Positions 31,356-32,000 of a DNA stretch of 32,000 bases are shown piece after piece (position 1 is the stretch's first letter; each line of letters begins with the position of its first letter). Under the pieces are notes generated by a model, which saw only the letters and a program-made list of their open reading frames with translations, was not told the DNA's origin and did no database searches. The position numbers and the translations under genes are program-made. Source of the DNA: Candidatus Saccharimonadota bacterium (GTDB taxonomy: Bacteria > Bacteroidota > Bacteroidia > Flavobacteriales > Blattabacteriaceae); NCBI RefSeq assembly GCF_000709555.1, contig NZ_CP006873.1, positions 240,001-272,000 on the forward strand, given 5' to 3'.

Positions 31356-32000
31356 ATGAAAGTCGTCGTTGTTGGAGCTACAGGAATGGTAGGTAAAGTT
31401 ATACTAAAAGTATTAGAAGAAAGAAAATTCCCGGTAACCGAATTAATCTTAGTTGCTTCAGAAAGATCTCTAGAAAAAGAAATTTGTTTCAAAGGTAAAA
31501 AATATAAACTTACTAGTCTAAAAAAAGCGATTAGGATGTTCCCTAACATTGCTTTATTTTCAGCTGGAAGCGAAATTTCAAAAGAATGGGCTCCTAAATT
31601 TGCAAAAATAGGAACTACAGTCATCGATAATTCTTCAGCTTGGAGGATGGATTCTTCAAAAAAACTCGTTGTACCTGAAATTAACGCCCATCAACTAACA
31701 GAAAAAGATAAAATTATTGCTAATCCTAATTGTTCCACCATTCAGTTAGTAATGGTTCTTAATCCTTTGCATCAAAAATACGGAATCGAACGTGTCTTTA
31801 TTTCTACTTATCAATCAGTCACAGGGACTGGAAAAAAAGCTGTAGATCAATTATTTGCGGAATCGAAAGGAAAATATTGCGACCGAATTTATCCATACCC
31901 CATTTACCAAAATGCAATTCCACAGTGCGATTCTTTTGAAGAAAATGGATATACTAAAGAAGAACTGAAATTGATAAGAGAACCAAAGAAAATTATGGGA
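31356..32000 (+). CDS. asd: Aspartate-semialdehyde dehydrogenase (5' partial, runs off the window)
   Basis: Open frame from the ATG at 31356 to the window end (215 codons). It contains MKVVVVGATGMVGK, the active-site IANPNCSTIQ, and STYQSVTGTG. It is missing from the ORF track because no stop lies in the window. Confidence 0.92.
   Translation, partial: MKVVVVGATGMVGKVILKVLEERKFPVTELILVASERSLEKEICFKGKKYKLTSLKKAIRMFPNIALFSAGSEISKEWAPKFAKIGTTVIDNSSAWRMDSSKKLVVPEINAHQLTEKDKIIANPNCSTIQLVMVLNPLHQKYGIERVFISTYQSVTGTGKKAVDQLFAESKGKYCDRIYPYPIYQNAIPQCDSFEENGYTKEELKLIREPKKIMG

Noticed and set aside
31328-31624. 98-aa minus-strand ORF
   Set aside because: It is antisense to the clearly conserved asd reading frame (GATGMVGK, IANPNCSTIQ). 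Its composition is that of a shadow ORF.

Overview
This is an AT-rich, gene-dense window with the hallmarks of a reduced Bacteroidetes (Flavobacteriales) insect endosymbiont of the Blattabacterium/Uzinura/Walczuchella type. That assignment is an inference from gene content, the fused CcsBA, the bifunctional HisB, the 16S/23S sequence and a TAnnTTTG-type promoter; TGA is used as a stop codon. Left to right the window holds: a histidine operon (hisG-hisB-hisH-hisA-hisF-hisIE, with no hisD or hisC at the usual position), rsmA(-), an eroded metG remnant, lgt, nrdB-nrdA, a complete minus-strand rRNA operon (16S, tRNA-Ile, tRNA-Ala, 23S, 5S), ispB, a heavily decayed topA pseudogene, fused ccsBA(-), tRNA-Gly and tRNA-Leu(-), mutS-clpX-clpP-tig(-), a gene-free stretch of about 1.06 kb, tatA, a small ORF plus dnaX and sucC(-), and the 5' part of asd. 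I found no CRISPR array, mobile element, toxin/defence cassette or other accessory system. The noteworthy signals are gene decay and pathway truncation: metG and topA pseudogenes, a degenerate HisB phosphatase domain with hisD/hisC missing, and an apparently split dnaX. Other points are a perfect in-frame 9-bp tandem repeat in hisIE whose unit recurs in mutS, an altered anti-Shine-Dalgarno tail on the 16S, and several unexplained non-coding stretches. All calls rest on reading the translations and rRNA/tRNA structure by eye; no database search was run.
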